This document shows, in pieces, positions 41,521 through 56,397 of a stretch of 64,000 nucleotides of DNA (its first letter is position 1; the number at the start of each line of letters is the position of its first letter). The DNA lies in the NCBI GenBank assembly GCA_012295275.1, contig CM022676.1:17484001-17548000 (forward strand), read 5' to 3'. A program made the position numbers and the translations under genes. The notes beneath the pieces are model-generated. The model was not told the DNA's origin. It saw only the letters and a program-made list of their open reading frames with translations, and ran no database searches. The DNA is from Chrysomallon squamiferum (taxonomy: Eukaryota; Animalia; Mollusca).

Positions 41521-43509
41521 GGCATACTAAAAATAATTTTAAAATATTTCCCAGTGCATATGACGTGTGCAAGGACATATTCCAAAATCGAAACAAAAAA
41601 ATAATCAAACCAAGATAATTTCTAAAAATCGATTACTTTCTGTTTAACGCCTCTTCTAGTGAACACTGAGATCAGAGGTCTAAAAATATCTAACTAACTA
41701 ACTAACTAACTGACTAAATAAATAAATAATAAATATATTAATAAAAGAAGGAAAGAAAGAAAAAACATCGGCTAGATAAAGGATAAAAAAGAATTACCGT
41801 GTGGTTATGGTAATGATTACTATGATGATGACGAAGACACAAAGAATTATTATTATTATCATTTTTATTGTAAACAAAGGTCTGTGCTCAGTCAGATAAG
41901 AAATATTTCACTGTTGGAGAAACGATTTTCATATCGCAATGTACTGGTGGTCATTTATAACAACTTACTTCTCGAAAAGTTAGCAAAATTATCCGTCAGT
42001 GACAGATCTATACAGAAACACTAAAGAACAAAAAATAAATAAAGAAAAAAATAAAAAAAAAAAAAAAATAGAATACAATTTAAAATACCTTCTGATTTGA
42101 ACTTCCTGATGGACAATTTATTTAAGCGACTATTTTCGGTCTGTCGACTCAACTCTAGATCACCGCTATCACCGATCTAAGAATAAATGAAACAAATTAA
42201 AATAAAATAAAACAAAATGAAATAAAGTAAGCAATAAATAACAAAATATATCGAATAAGAAATAATGGCTCTACTAGGGTAGTAATAGTAGAACTAGTAA
42301 ATAAATATATTACTACTACCACTACTACTAATAATAAATTAATAATAATAGCATACTAAAATAAAAATATTAGAGGATACACTTAACCTAGTTTCATTTC
42401 AATTTAAAAACCTCACACTGAAATAATCTATTTCTGTTAGAGAACAAACTCTGATATATTTAGTAATAAATTAAGACCACTGGAATAGTTAAAACATAAT
42501 AAAATAAAAAATATCAAAGACTTTGAATATGGCCAACTTGTTTTATTTCTGCTTTGTGTACTTTTGGTCCTCAAAATCCACCACTGATAAACACGCGAGT
42601 GACGTCATCAAGTGCAGTGGCGTGCAGAGGTGGGAGCCGAAGGGGCTCTGGCCCCGAGCTTCACCAGACCTCCACACGACACTGATCAAGTGTCACGTTG
42701 TTAGGTTTCAATATCAGTTTAATATAAAGAAATCGTGCTACGAGATATATATATACTCATATTACATAAATCTTCTTTCAAATTGATTACAACAATTGAA
42801 TAGATTAAGTACTACTAGATTGCATTGTTTATACGTAAGTTATTAAATCTGTATAATAATAATAATAATAATAAAAACAATAGCAGCAACAACAATAATA
42901 AGAAGAAGAAATAAATTTTACAGTGCACTAAATATGTGTACATATTTTACTTCTCTGACGATGCTTGCATGACCAGTATATCAAGTTAAGGTAACACGTG
43001 ACGTTTGTTTGTAATGTATGTAGCTAAGATAAAAATAGCGTGTCACTGCTGTATGAGAAACACAAAGGTAAACTCGGGTGTTATTTACAACGATCTGATA
43101 AATTCATTGTTAAAAAACTCTCTGCCCATAAGTGTAGAAATAAACCCTTGAAAATATGAAATCAATTACACTTGTCATTAGTTCAAGGAAGAAGATATAG
43201 ACAACCCAATTATTTCCAATAAAGAGAACAAACTAACAAACTTGTAAATAGAAAATAATACTATTATATGAGATAATATTTTCATATCTTCTATTGGCAC
43301 GTTCCATATCTTTAAAAAGCCTCACGCAGTAATACTGTTTATTATATGTATATCAATAGCAGCGATAAAAGAAAAATACAATAACATATTATACGCTGGT
43401 TGGAACGGCTGATATTCCAATATGAACGTTAGATAAGAAGAAAGGAATTAATGAAGAAAGAAAGAAAGACTGAGATGAACACACGCAGGGCAATAAAAAA
43501 TCAAATAAA

Positions 43510-43581
<72 letters not shown>

Positions 43582-43769
43582 TAAATTAAATTAACACAAT
43601 AAAAAATACTTTGTAGTTTCAAAGTAGTTACTTTAAATTTTTCCTGATCGATAATTGATCTTCTATTGATCACAGATATCAGGAATCTATAAATAAATAA
43701 ATAAAATGACATTAAGTAAAATGAAGTAATCAGATATAGTATAAACTATAAACGATACATTGAACTCTA

Positions 43770-44116
43770 CAGATACCGGACCAATTATCCGGCGTCCTGA
43801 AATCCCGAAAGACCAGAAAACAGAACTTTTTCCCGACGTAATTTTCATACTTTGAGCGCGCGGGTTTTGTCCTCACCAGACCGTAACTACTCTTTCAAGC
43901 CGCGTGTTGTTCATTCACTCGCCGCATTGTTTACGTGTCGAGTAGCCACAGTTGTGTATTGTCAATTTTCTTTATTTCTATATTTTTTTTAAATTTTAAA
44001 ATGCTTATTCCTAGTATATTTACGAATTTAGATGCCTTGGCACGAGAAAACCGGAAAATCCAGAAACTCGGAATGCCGCAGGCCCCAAGGAGTCCCTATA
44101 ATTGGTCCGGTACCTG
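43770..44116. mobile_element. MITE, mirror copy of 24166-24510
   Basis: TA|CAGATACCGGACCAATTAT ... ATAATTGGTCCGGTACCTG|TA. Confidence 0.8.
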
Positions 44117-44481
44117 TATTTAGGTGATACTATTACAACTACTGCTAGTACTACTACTAATACAATAATAATTATTATTATAATCACGATACCATTGTTA
44201 TTTTTATTTGTTCTTAGTACTTTTATTTCCTATTAGTATTTTTTGTATTTATTGTTGTTGTTGTTGTTGTTGGTGTTGTTATTATTAACTATTCTTCGAT
44301 ATTTATCATAAACCAGTGTGTTAGGTATAAGAAATCTAAAACAAATAAAATCGTTAAAGACAATTCACACAAAAACTGTATAGCCTTGACAAAATAGATT
44401 TCAAATTCAAAATGTCTGATCTGATTTAAGCAAAGTAATAATTGTACCGCATATGTTAAATTACAATAAAATACAAAATAC

Positions 44482-44660
44482 CTTCAAATTTCAAAATGGC
44501 TGTCTGCCTAAGAAAGTACGTCCTTGCTTGGTGAATGTTTTCCTGGAACTGACAACGTCCTGTTTGACAAGTCACTGAAATATCTTCAGTGTATCGCTGT
44601 GTACAAAGTCGTCTGCTCATAAACACGTGATTGAAATCAGATGTCGTACAGGTCAGGCCA
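44482..44660 (-). promoter_or_regulatory. Candidate distal promoter / non-coding first exon facing the BTB gene
   Basis: E-box CACGTG, YY1-like CAGCCATTTTG followed by GAAG|gtattt donor on the minus strand. Confidence 0.3.
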
Positions 44661-46103
44661 CCTTTAGTGGTAAACACATGCACATATTTTGTTGCATACA
44701 ATGTGTCCCGTATAATGTAACTTGTGTTTCGAACCTGTTAAATATATATATATTTGTCATTACTTATTTTGTATGTAATACATTTATTTCTCACACTATA
44801 TTGATGAAAAACTAATCGCTAACAAGTATCTGTTATGTAGGTCAGATAAAAAATAGCATGTTAATAGTACTGGCGACAGGAAACGTTATACCTAGCATCG
44901 TGAAAAATGCAATGTAATAGTGAATCAGAAAATATGGGACCCTCTTTTATTTGTACATGTTTTGAGTCAAAGCGACCTAAACGCAAAACCACGTTTATTA
45001 TTTATTTTGTGTGTGTGTGAGTGTGATATAATATAATATAATATAATATAATACAATATAATATATATGTGTAGGGCCTGAATATAAACATAAAAACAGA
45101 AACGAAAATAATAATCATTGTTCAAATATTAACACTTCTACTCATCACTTGGAGAAATAATTTTTATTTTTAGTTTGTGTTTATTTTTATTTTTTTTAAA
45201 TTATTTATTGGTTTCACTTATTCCTTTTTATTTGATTATTTATTTGTATTTGTTTTCTTTCTTTCTTTCTTTTTATTATATTTTAAGTCACCACATAAAA
45301 TACAGTATACAATAATACAACTAAGACGGCAAACTGTTTTCTTACCTCACGCAGTAGAGACCTTAACTATACCCTAATAGGATACGCGATTAAGCTGTGG
45401 AAAGATTTCTCAGCGATATTTAGATGTACTGTCTTCTGTGGTGTTTAAGTTAGAAAATTGGTCCCAACTAATTTATTAAACCACGGATTGCAATTTAATT
45501 TATACCTACTTCTAGAATCCGCTAGTAGCTATTTCTTTTGTTTACTTATTATAATATTTGATATTGTTGTACCAGTAAGATACAGTTTTTGATAATATCG
45601 GAAAGATAATGATTATTTAATTAAATAGCTTACTTTAATACAGTCTAAGATATCATAACTAAACTGTATGTACCGTTAAAGTAAGTGAATATGTTGCCCA
45701 TTCATTTCTACAAAAATTCCTAACAGTATATATTAATCTAATATGTATTGTTAGTTAACAGTAATCCAATTAATGAAATCTTTTAACAACTAACTATCAT
45801 TAGCGAGAGACAAAAGGAACTTTTCTCGGCTCCGCCATTGATACGCATTAAGTTTATTTAAGTAAGAGACAAAAGAGCCCGGGGGGTGAATCAAAGAAAA
45901 GACAAAGACACAGAGAACGCGTGGGACGGTCGAGTTCGCGGTCATTATTAGACAACTATGTTGGTAACTAGATTTTGCGTTATCCTTGTTTAAGTCGGAG
46001 GCAGGGACAAATGGTTACCCTCTTTCTGTATGCTAATCCATTTGAATATAAAAAAACAACTAAAGTAAATTAATGTGCTAAATAGATAAGTTTCTACAAT
46101 ATC

Positions 46104-46160
<57 letters not shown>

Positions 46161-46842
46161 TAATAATAATAATAATAATAATAGTAATAATAATAATAAT
46201 AAATGTCCTAGACAGTCCTAGTAGTAAATGTTTGTGAAATGAATTCAAATATGTGTTACTGTAAGAAACATACAAAAGTGCATAAACAGAAAACTAATTT
46301 AAAACTGCATATGATTCCATTTTCTGTCGCTAAATTGTTATGATATATTTACAGAATGTCTGAAGTTGTTTACATAATCAAAAGATGTGCCTTAAATCTT
46401 TACTAGACATAATACAAAATTAAAATTTCTCTGAACCTTTTATACCATATAATACCAATTACTTATTTGTTGTTAAGATAAATAACAAGATCTCGTACTG
46501 AAAATATCTAAGACGAGTGTGTGTAGTTACCTTGAGTGGAAGAAGATAACACGTAGATATAACACGTATACATAACACATTTATTTCAATAGGGTTTCGT
46601 GCATAGCAACGATTTTGTTTTGCTATAGACTGACTCAAAAACAAAAATGAGCGAAGCCCTATATTGTAAATGATCACTTAAAAGAGAGATAATGTCTTGG
46701 TTTAAACACACTTGTAACCAACGATATTTTAGTGCATTACAACATAACATTCATTGCTCTTAAATCAATAAAATCGCGAACTAATATTTGTTCTATCTTA
46801 TCGGGTTTTTCATTCCAAATGAACTGAAAGAAACGCGTTTTA

Positions 46843-46894
<52 letters not shown>

Positions 46895-49748
46895 TAGTAT
46901 TATATGTTGTTAGAATGGAATAAACAGTATATAATGGACATCAATATGTTATACTGCTCTTTTACTTTATACTTATGAAAGGACATCTGGATAATTTTAA
47001 TTATGCTGCACACAGAATACTCAGCAACACACTGACACAGGAGAACAAAGTCCAATCATGACGTCTCAAATGTGGATGTGTGTGTATGTGTGTGGGGGTG
47101 TTTGACAAACCGCAAATCCCACCCCACAATACATGTTACAATGATACTTGTTACACAGACATGTTGTTGTAACTAATGTAATTATGTAACGCAGTCTGGC
47201 AGTGAGTATTTTCACTGTGAAATCAGATCAGATTCACTAGCACGTTGTGTCGCGTATTTGAGAAGTTCGTTTGTTAAACAACTTATGTTTGAGAAGAAAG
47301 TGATAGTAAACATGTCTGTAGTTTATCCACACAGTGAGATCTAATACACAGTTGTGTGAGTCTAAGTGCATGTGTGCGTCAGTCTAAATATATATATATA
47401 TATATGTGTGTGTGTGGGGGGGGTATGTATATTCGTACGTATGTGAATGTCTGTGTGAATGTATGTATATATCAACGTATCAACGTGTGAGTATGTACTG
47501 GTAAATGTATATAAAAATAATTACTATGAAAACCATTATTACAATTAATACAGTGATCTCTATTTGGTGCTACTGTGAGACCATTCCACTGCCACTACTA
47601 CATATTATTAATACTACTACTACTATTAGATATTATTAATACCACTACTATACTATTACATTTTATTGATACCACTACTACTACTACTACTACATATTAT
47701 TAATACTACTACTACTACTATTATATGTTATTGATACCATTATTACTGCTACTATTACATATTATTGATGCCACTGCTATTACTATTATATATTATTGAT
47801 ACCACTACTACAATTACATATTATTAATACTACTACTACTACTGCTATTACATGTTATTAATACTAATACTACTACTATTACATTTTATTAATACTACTA
47901 CTACTACTATTACATAATATTGATACCACTACCACTACTACTACTACTATTACATATTATTGATACCATTATTACTACTATTACATATTATTGATACCAT
48001 TATTACTACTATTACATATAATTGATACCACAACTACTACTACTATTACATATTATTAATACCACTACAACAAGTATTACATTCTACTGATACCAGTACT
48101 ACCACTACTATTACAGATTATTGTTACTACTACTACTACTGCTATTACATATTATTGATACCACTACAAATGAAGAAAAACAAAGAAATTAAACGTGTGT
48201 GTCTGTAGATATGTGCATGTTTGAATGTACATGTATATGTGTGTATGTACGTATGTATGTATGTATGTATGTATGTGATGACTCTGAAATCGTTTATCTA
48301 AACTGGCATTTATTATTATTATTAGTACTACTACTACTACTACTACTACTACTACAACATAGGTAAGATAGCAAAATAGTTTCAACTCGGTAAATCATCA
48401 TTTTATTAATATTGTTTTTTTTTCACTTTGTTCTTAAAATTTCTTAACATAATGTTTCGAAATAGTCTACTGTAGTAATGAATCCACAGATGTTTAGTAA
48501 AGTACTGGCTGACGTACTGCTCGAATGTGGTGCACTCTCTAATATGGGGAAATTAACGCATAACCATGACCTACACAATCGATATCTCGGAACAATAATT
48601 ATCAACATTAAACATTATTCACGATGATTACATTTTAAATTTATTTACTGCAGTAAAATATTTTAATTAATTTTATTTGCATTTTACTTATATGTGCTTA
48701 TTTATGAAGCTGGTGTAAGGGGAGCTAACTTCTTGTTATAATATGACAATGGTTGTTTTTTTTTTCGAGGAGAGAAATTATCCATTATTTTATTATTATT
48801 TCTCTGTTAAGATAATTATTTGCATAATTTAATTTTTAATGCCAGGTATCTCAAATGTTTAGTTTGTGTACTAAATGTGCATACTGTTTGTTTTTATTTG
48901 TCTTACTAACTAGTCCTTAATAACTTTACTATAATGATTAAGACTAATGTTTCAGTAATTAAACTAATCTATACATTTTCACTTTATTTACTTGTTCATT
49001 TGTTTTTTTTAAATATTCTGGTAGCTACATAAAACATATTTAATATTAATCTTGTACAAGTGTTTTTGTTGTTTTATTATTTTGTTTCATTTCAGCTTAT
49101 TAGTATATTGAAACAAAACTGTTACATTATGTTTTTGCTGAAACGTTATAGGAATTTGGAATATAATAATTGAACATTTAAGATTTTTGTAGAAAATTAA
49201 AATTTTTTATCAAATGATTTGTTCTCTTTTTAACATGTAGATGTAATTGCCATCTCGGACTGCTCATGACAAATTTTACTTTTTACATTTTTAAAGTAAA
49301 CATCTAGCACGTATAAAATAAGAAATTAATTTTAAGACTGTCATTTAGTTTAAATATCTTTTTCATATTATTTCTAAGCCTTAAACAGTACAATAATTTT
49401 GAATTTATATACAAGATTTTGTGAAGTAATTTGAAATCAGAGCTGTGATCTAGTAAATAAGAAAGAAGTTTGGATCATACACTGTTAAAATCCAGTAGTA
49501 GCAGAATGGTATGAACCACACCAGTCATCTTTAACAAAATATTATATTCTGCTATTTGTATTTTCTAAATACAGACTTGAACACCTTGATTGTATAACAC
49601 ACAGACACCTCACTTAGTAAATCATAAAACAAAATATGCCACTTTTGATTTGATCACAGAATATTGAAATAAATGAAAGTACTATGACATTATAAAATTA
49701 AAGAATTAAAATGTTCAGTCAATTAGAATAAATGCTAAATCTTGATCA

Positions 49749-49794
<46 letters not shown>

Positions 49795-52219
49795 CCTCTC
49801 AGTACTTATTTAGAGATATCAGTTTGTTTAATGAGGCTAAACAAACTGTCAGATTTCAACTAAATATGGTCCCTGGAGGCTAAACTTTGTAATGAAATTT
49901 TGTAACGGAACTGAAGTCTTCTAATCATAAATGTAATAACTTTTATAACTAGACTAAAGTCATACATTAGAGATAAGTTTTATCACTAGAAGTCTTACAA
50001 ATACAAGAAAGTTTTATTATTAAACTTGAGTCATATAAATTAAAAATATAATAAAATGTTATAACTAAAATTAATCTTTTAACTCACCTTCTATAAACTC
50101 TACTGGTTTGCTGTTTACATTATCCAGCACAAACAAACTGTGTCTGTTTTATCCTAATTTGTTTCAGAAATCACATATCAGGTGTGTCAGTTACAATAAC
50201 AATGTCACTGATGCTGCTGGTTGCTGTACACGTGGCTGAGAATGAATGACACTGGCTGCTTGCAATGCAGTTGTTGTCTGATCCAGACACTGTGTGACAT
50301 TAACTGCCGATGTCACCGATGCTGCCTGCTGCTGCTATACAACTGTCTGTATCTGAGTGAATAAAAAAGAAAAATTGTAAAAAATAAAAATCACAAAAGA
50401 GTATGTTCATAATGATTCCACTGAAGACATTTCTTTAACCGAAAACTACACATAAAATGAAAATAATTTCAAATGTTTTACCTCAGCTATATACTGTATT
50501 TTACATTTGTTAGTCCACTTACATCTCCTTGATTAACACCTGTCATCTGAGTGTCTGTGTCACATTCCATAAACTGCACTAGCCTTTCTTTCTTCTTATC
50601 AGAAAACAATCAACACTAGAGTGTGATAAAGTAGTCTTCTGTTAATAGTGTTAAAATATTTTACAACAAACAGCAAAGTATTTTACTTCTCAGCTCAAGT
50701 TTATAACAGTTCAGAGACATCAACAAAGATGTCTAAATCAAATTATAATTCTCTAAGTTAAGATTTACACAGCTTCATTAACATGTTAAGTCAAAAGTAA
50801 GTCACACTTGACACATACTAATAAAAACACACACACTCACACAAAGACACACAAAATTGACAGGTTTTCCTTCATATTCTTGGTCACTGCATATTTCTGC
50901 AAATTGAAAGCACCTTAAAAGTAAATTCATTTAATAATATTTGAATAAAAATGAGAGGAAAGAAAGAAAAATAGACATATAAAATAAATAAGAATTAACA
51001 TACTTTGTAAAGTTTGTTAAAATCATTTTCAGTATAACACAAAGTTCATCATATTCTGATATTAAGTTTCACAGACTTGTATACAACATTTTAGATTAGT
51101 AAATAAATCTGATTCTAAGCTTAAAAGATGTGATGTTATTTCTTTCTTTCAATCTTCTGATGAAATAACTTACTGTCAGTGTTTCACTACTAGCAGCTGG
51201 CTTAGTGTGAACTACTAGAAACATTGTCACTACAAGTTTATCAGCATACTTAGTGTGAACTGTAGAATCACTGTCACTATTAGTTTATCAGTTTACTTAG
51301 TGGTGACTACTAGAAACAGTGTCACTACAAGTTTATCAGCATACTTAGTGTGAACTGTAGAATCACTATCACTGTCAGTTTATCAGTATACATAGTGTGA
51401 ACTGTAGAATCACTATCACTGTCAGTTTATCAGCATACTTAGTGTGAACTGTAGAATCACTATCACTGTCAGTTTATCTGTAGAATCACACTATCACTGT
51501 CAGTTTATCAGCATACTAAGTGTGAACTGTAGAATCACTATCACTGTCAGTTTATCAGCATAGTGTGATCTGTAGAATCACTATCACTGCATGAACTGTA
51601 GAATCACTATCACTGTCAGTTTCTCAGCATGCTTAGTGTGAACTGTAGAATCACTATAACTATTAGTTTATAAACTTACTTAATTAGAAACATTGTGACT
51701 ACAAGTTTATCAGCATACTTAGTGTGAACTCTGGAATCACTATCACTGTCAGTTTAGCAGCATAATTAGTGTGAACTGTATAATCACTGTCACTATTTGT
51801 TTATAAACTTACCTAATGTTGACTATTAGAAACATTGTGACTACAAGTTTATCAACATACTTAGTGTGAACTCTAGAAATATTATCTATATTATTTCATC
51901 AGCTTACTTCATGTTGAACACTAGAAACATTGCCACTATTTATTCATCAACTTGCTTAGAGCTTGTATCAGTTATAATTTGTTAATGCACAAATATTTAT
52001 ATCAGCTTAATATATTTTCCTTACCTATTTATTTTTTACACATATTAAGGAAAGAAAATATATAATGAAACAAAGAACAATTGTTAGTTTCACATCTAAA
52101 AGATAAGCAAACATAATTTATCCAAGTATAGATGACATTTTTTTTTTTGTCGAACCAGAGCAAAGTAAATAATTTATTTCATACTATATACAATTAATTA
52201 ATTTAAGAATGACAAAATA

Positions 52220-52261
<42 letters not shown>

Positions 52262-53793
52262 CTAACAGTAGTAAAACTGATTTATTTATTCCTGTTAAAA
52301 CAACACTATATCAAATGCCGTCCAAAACATCATCTAAATTGTTCTTGTTTATTTCTCAATTTATAACAAACAAAAAATACATGTGACAAGTTTTGTTCAT
52401 TATATATGATTATCAATCTGGATTACGTTTAAAAATTAATTAATTTTAAAATTCAAATTCGAAATATAGCCAATATATGACGAATAATAGCTGAACACCT
52501 CAAAAATTTATGCAAAATGTTTTTAGGTTTTAATGTTAACCATGTTTCATGAATTACTGGAGAAAACTTGTCTCCCGAACTGAACCCGGAAACATAACTG
52601 CATTACACAAAACAAACTTTATCAGCAAGTAATTAATACACAGCGGTCAGCCTTTAGTTAGTTTTTGTGTAAAACGAACATATTTAACTACAAGGAATTT
52701 TGATCATTGCTAAAATATAACAGTTATTACCGTTAAGATGTGGAGAGACTTACGGGTAAGTAACCCTACTGGAACTCAAAAGGAAAAACAATAGCAAATA
52801 CGAGGTTATAGAGTTATCTCCCATGACTACTTGTTCAGTTAACCAACCGATAATTCTTTAACCTAACGGGTTAAAAGTTCGCTAGATTTGTTCCCTGGTT
52901 TCACCTTAGCCAATTAATTGTTCGAATAGAAGAAGAAAAACAATAGCAAATACTTCGTTACAGATTTATCTCCTACGATTACTTGTTCCGTTAACAAACC
53001 GATAACTTTAACATATCGGGCTGGAAGTGCTCGCTGGCTTCATTGTAGCATTAGTGTTTATAAACATAAGTTGGCAAATTAAGGTAAGCCGATACATTCA
53101 ACTTATGGAACTACGAGCAGTTATTTTATGTGAAATAAATATTTGCGATAAAATTATTAACAGTGGCTCTTATGTTATAACCTGTAGAAAATATCGGTCA
53201 ACAAAATAATATGTTTTTGGCGACTAATCCATAGTTTTTGTTTGTTTTTTTGTTTTTTTAATTTCCCAGTCTCTTAAACGGAACATATCACTAATTGCAT
53301 CTTGTGATAACTTTTAATATTTTGTGACATTGGCTGTTACCTGTTGAACTTCATAATGCTGAGATCATACAATTTTATTTTTTGATTTTTCATATTTCAG
53401 TTCAACAGTAATACGTTTTTAAATATAACTGTGTGTTTTACAGTTGTCCAACTGAGGTTTCTTTCCATGTTTTATTTTTTTTTCAGGTTTAATAATTAAT
53501 TATATTAGCTATATTAGGTTTCTTACTGTTTATATATATATATATCTATATATATATATATATGTATGTATGTATGTTGTTATATGTTTAAAAAACTCAG
53601 TTATTTCTATCTTCAGTATTTCAGAAACTGACTGCTTGTTTCTGAAAGTGGAAATCTTCCTTCATTTTTATTTGTGTTTGTTGCTGGTGATATGATGTCA
53701 CCTCTATTTAAACTGGACAATCATTCAGAGGTAGATATCTTTTTTTTTAAATTGATAATAATTTTTAATTTATGAAAATGACACTCCTACATT

Positions 53794-53836
<43 letters not shown>

Positions 53837-55109
53837 TTTATTTATTAATTGTTGTAAATATACTTTTAAAATTAAGCTTCAAAGACTGTACAGATATACT
53901 TTTATTTTTCTCTTTTGGCTTTGTTGTTTTTATCAGAAAAGAAACAACTGAGGTTTGTCTGAAAAAAATCCAGAGTTCCAAGCATGTTGCTCTGGTTAAA
54001 AGTTTTATAATATTTTTAAGAAAGTAAATATATTTATTCATTAATTAATTATTCTAAAATGTTCAAAGCATGGTAAAAGTAATGAAAAATAAATAGATAA
54101 AATTGTGGAAACCTATTATTCCACTCTTGTTTTATTATGACTGTTATTTTTTAGTTTAGTTCTTAGTATTATTTACTCTTTTATACTTACTGTTACATCA
54201 TTATAACTATTTTAATTTTATTATTATTATTATCAATGATAAACATTTAACATCTTTTGGTTCATGTTTTTTTATTCACAAATAATTAACTTTGATAAGT
54301 TAAGTATAAATCTTTTCTAAATTTCAGTATATCATATATTTTAGTTATTTCACAGAGTTCTCTGGTGTGAGACACTATAAGTCTACCTGACTCTGAAGAT
54401 GTCTGTTCAAACATCAGCTGACTACAGTCTGAACAAACTGGAGGAAGAATCCCAGCTTTGTTATAAAATCTTCACTTGCATCCAGCTACTCTCACTTTCA
54501 GCAGGTCCTGGATTTTTAAAATTATACTTTGCTATTTTCTAATGAAATGAAATACAATAAATACAATAAATGAAATAAAATAGAGTGAAAGAAATGAAAT
54601 GAAATGACATTAACTGCATATTAAATATTTAAATTAATTCGTAGTTTTCCAGGTGAAAAAGGTAAGCATGGAGATCCAGCTCATAATGGTTTACCTGGGC
54701 TTACAGGTGAGCAAGGGAACTGGTTTCCGTGCACAATGAGATAAGTATATCTGATATATATATGAATATACGAAATAAACAAATAATCAGTGTATGAAAT
54801 AAGTATATTTCATATATATATATATATGAATATATGAAATAAACAAGTAATCAGTGTATGAAATAAGTATATTTCATATATATATATATATATAGAATAT
54901 ATGAAATAAACAAATAATCAATATGTGAAATAAGTATATCTCATATATATATATATATATATATATGAATATAAGAAATAAACAAGTAATCAGTGTGTGA
55001 AATAAGTATATCTCATATATATATATATATATATATATGAATATAAGAAATAAACAAGTAATCAGTGTGTGAAGCTAACTAATGGTGTATTGTGTGTAAT
55101 TTGTTTATT

Positions 55110-56397
55110 CACTCTTGTTACACTGAGACTATTCTGGGTTGGGCCAGCAGTCTACACTGTGCATGTCTGAAATGTACCTGTGAGTACGGCAGTTCTTACA
55201 ATTAATACACTTCACGAGACCCAAACACATGTAGACTAAAATAAATATCTTATTGCAGATCTGGTGGGTCATGTTCCCGTGTAGTTGGGTTTATCTTGGC
55301 TCTAAATGGCTGATGATGGGTTTTATGGAAGTTTCCAGACAACTTTCTTCAGTGTTACTTCCAGAGCAGTGCAATGTGCCAAGAGGTCTGAAGATCCCAG
55401 CTACAGATGTGCCCATATAACATTTGTCAACCCAAAGCCAGACTGAAAGAAAAGACCAATGCAGAATACACTGACAGACTGCATGCATAGTACATTTGTT
55501 TGTGTGCTTTTCACAACAGACATTTTGTAGTATTAATGACAGTGTTTGTGTGCTTTTCACAACAGACATTTTGTAGTAGAAGTGTTTGTGACATTTTGTG
55601 TTTTAATGACAGTGTTTGTGTGCTTTTCACAACAGACATTTTGTAGTGTTAATGACAGTGTTTGTGTGTAAATAAAAAAATCTACTTTGTTGTCTTGTGA
55701 TGAGTTCTGTAAACCAGCAAGAAAGAAACACAAAAACAGATACAAATAAATACATAAACCGAATGGAACAAATATCTAAATGACATGGAAAATTGATGAT
55801 ATTGTTCATAAATATAGTAAAATAATAAAAGTTAAATTCAAACAATTCATTATTAGAATACAGCATACACTGTATAACAAGTTCACAGCAGTACAATACC
55901 AATTCAGATATAATATATCATAATATGATATGTGATTCATTATGATTTACCAAAATTATTTTGTTGTCTTTTATTCACTTCAGTTTTCATAATGATGATC
56001 ATAAGTAAACTGTTTTTTTACAGGAAAGTCAAAGTTAAAAGTCTGACAAACATCTGTGAAAATACCATAGACGCACATGTTGGAAATGTTCCTACAGGCA
56101 GTGGACTTTCAACACAAATAAGGCTTTCATGTTATAGTAAATTTACTTTTTTTAATACATGGTGACATAAAATGTGATCAACAGATGACATCATACACAA
56201 ATAAAATTTACCACTTAATATTTATATACTTTTATGAGTTTGATAACTCTTTCAACATGTACACAATGTCTTCTCACTCATTTCTGATCCTCATCTTGCA
56301 AATGGTGGAATATTTAATCTAAATTCTGTTTTCTCAACTTGCTTTTTAATGTCAAAATCTTTGTCACCCAAGATACCATAACCTTTATTAAGATAAC
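55110..56397. pseudogene. Mirror fragment of the ISL2EU-like element (SWIM exons on +, 3' end of DDE exon on -)
   Basis: KCTCEYG, SGGSCSRVVG and HVGNVPTGSGLSTQ; the DDE part stops near the GDK motif and has deletions. Confidence 0.75.

Larger units (their letters stand above)
41735..56397 (-). repeat. Right arm of large inverted duplication
   Basis: Reverse complement of 11609-26368. Confidence 0.97.

Noticed and set aside
40900-41585. Poly-I/L/Y/N ORFs and the poly-Leu N-terminal extension of the BTB ORF
   Set aside because: (AAT)n intronic repeat; a splice acceptor at 40926-40927 precedes the real ATG at 40918
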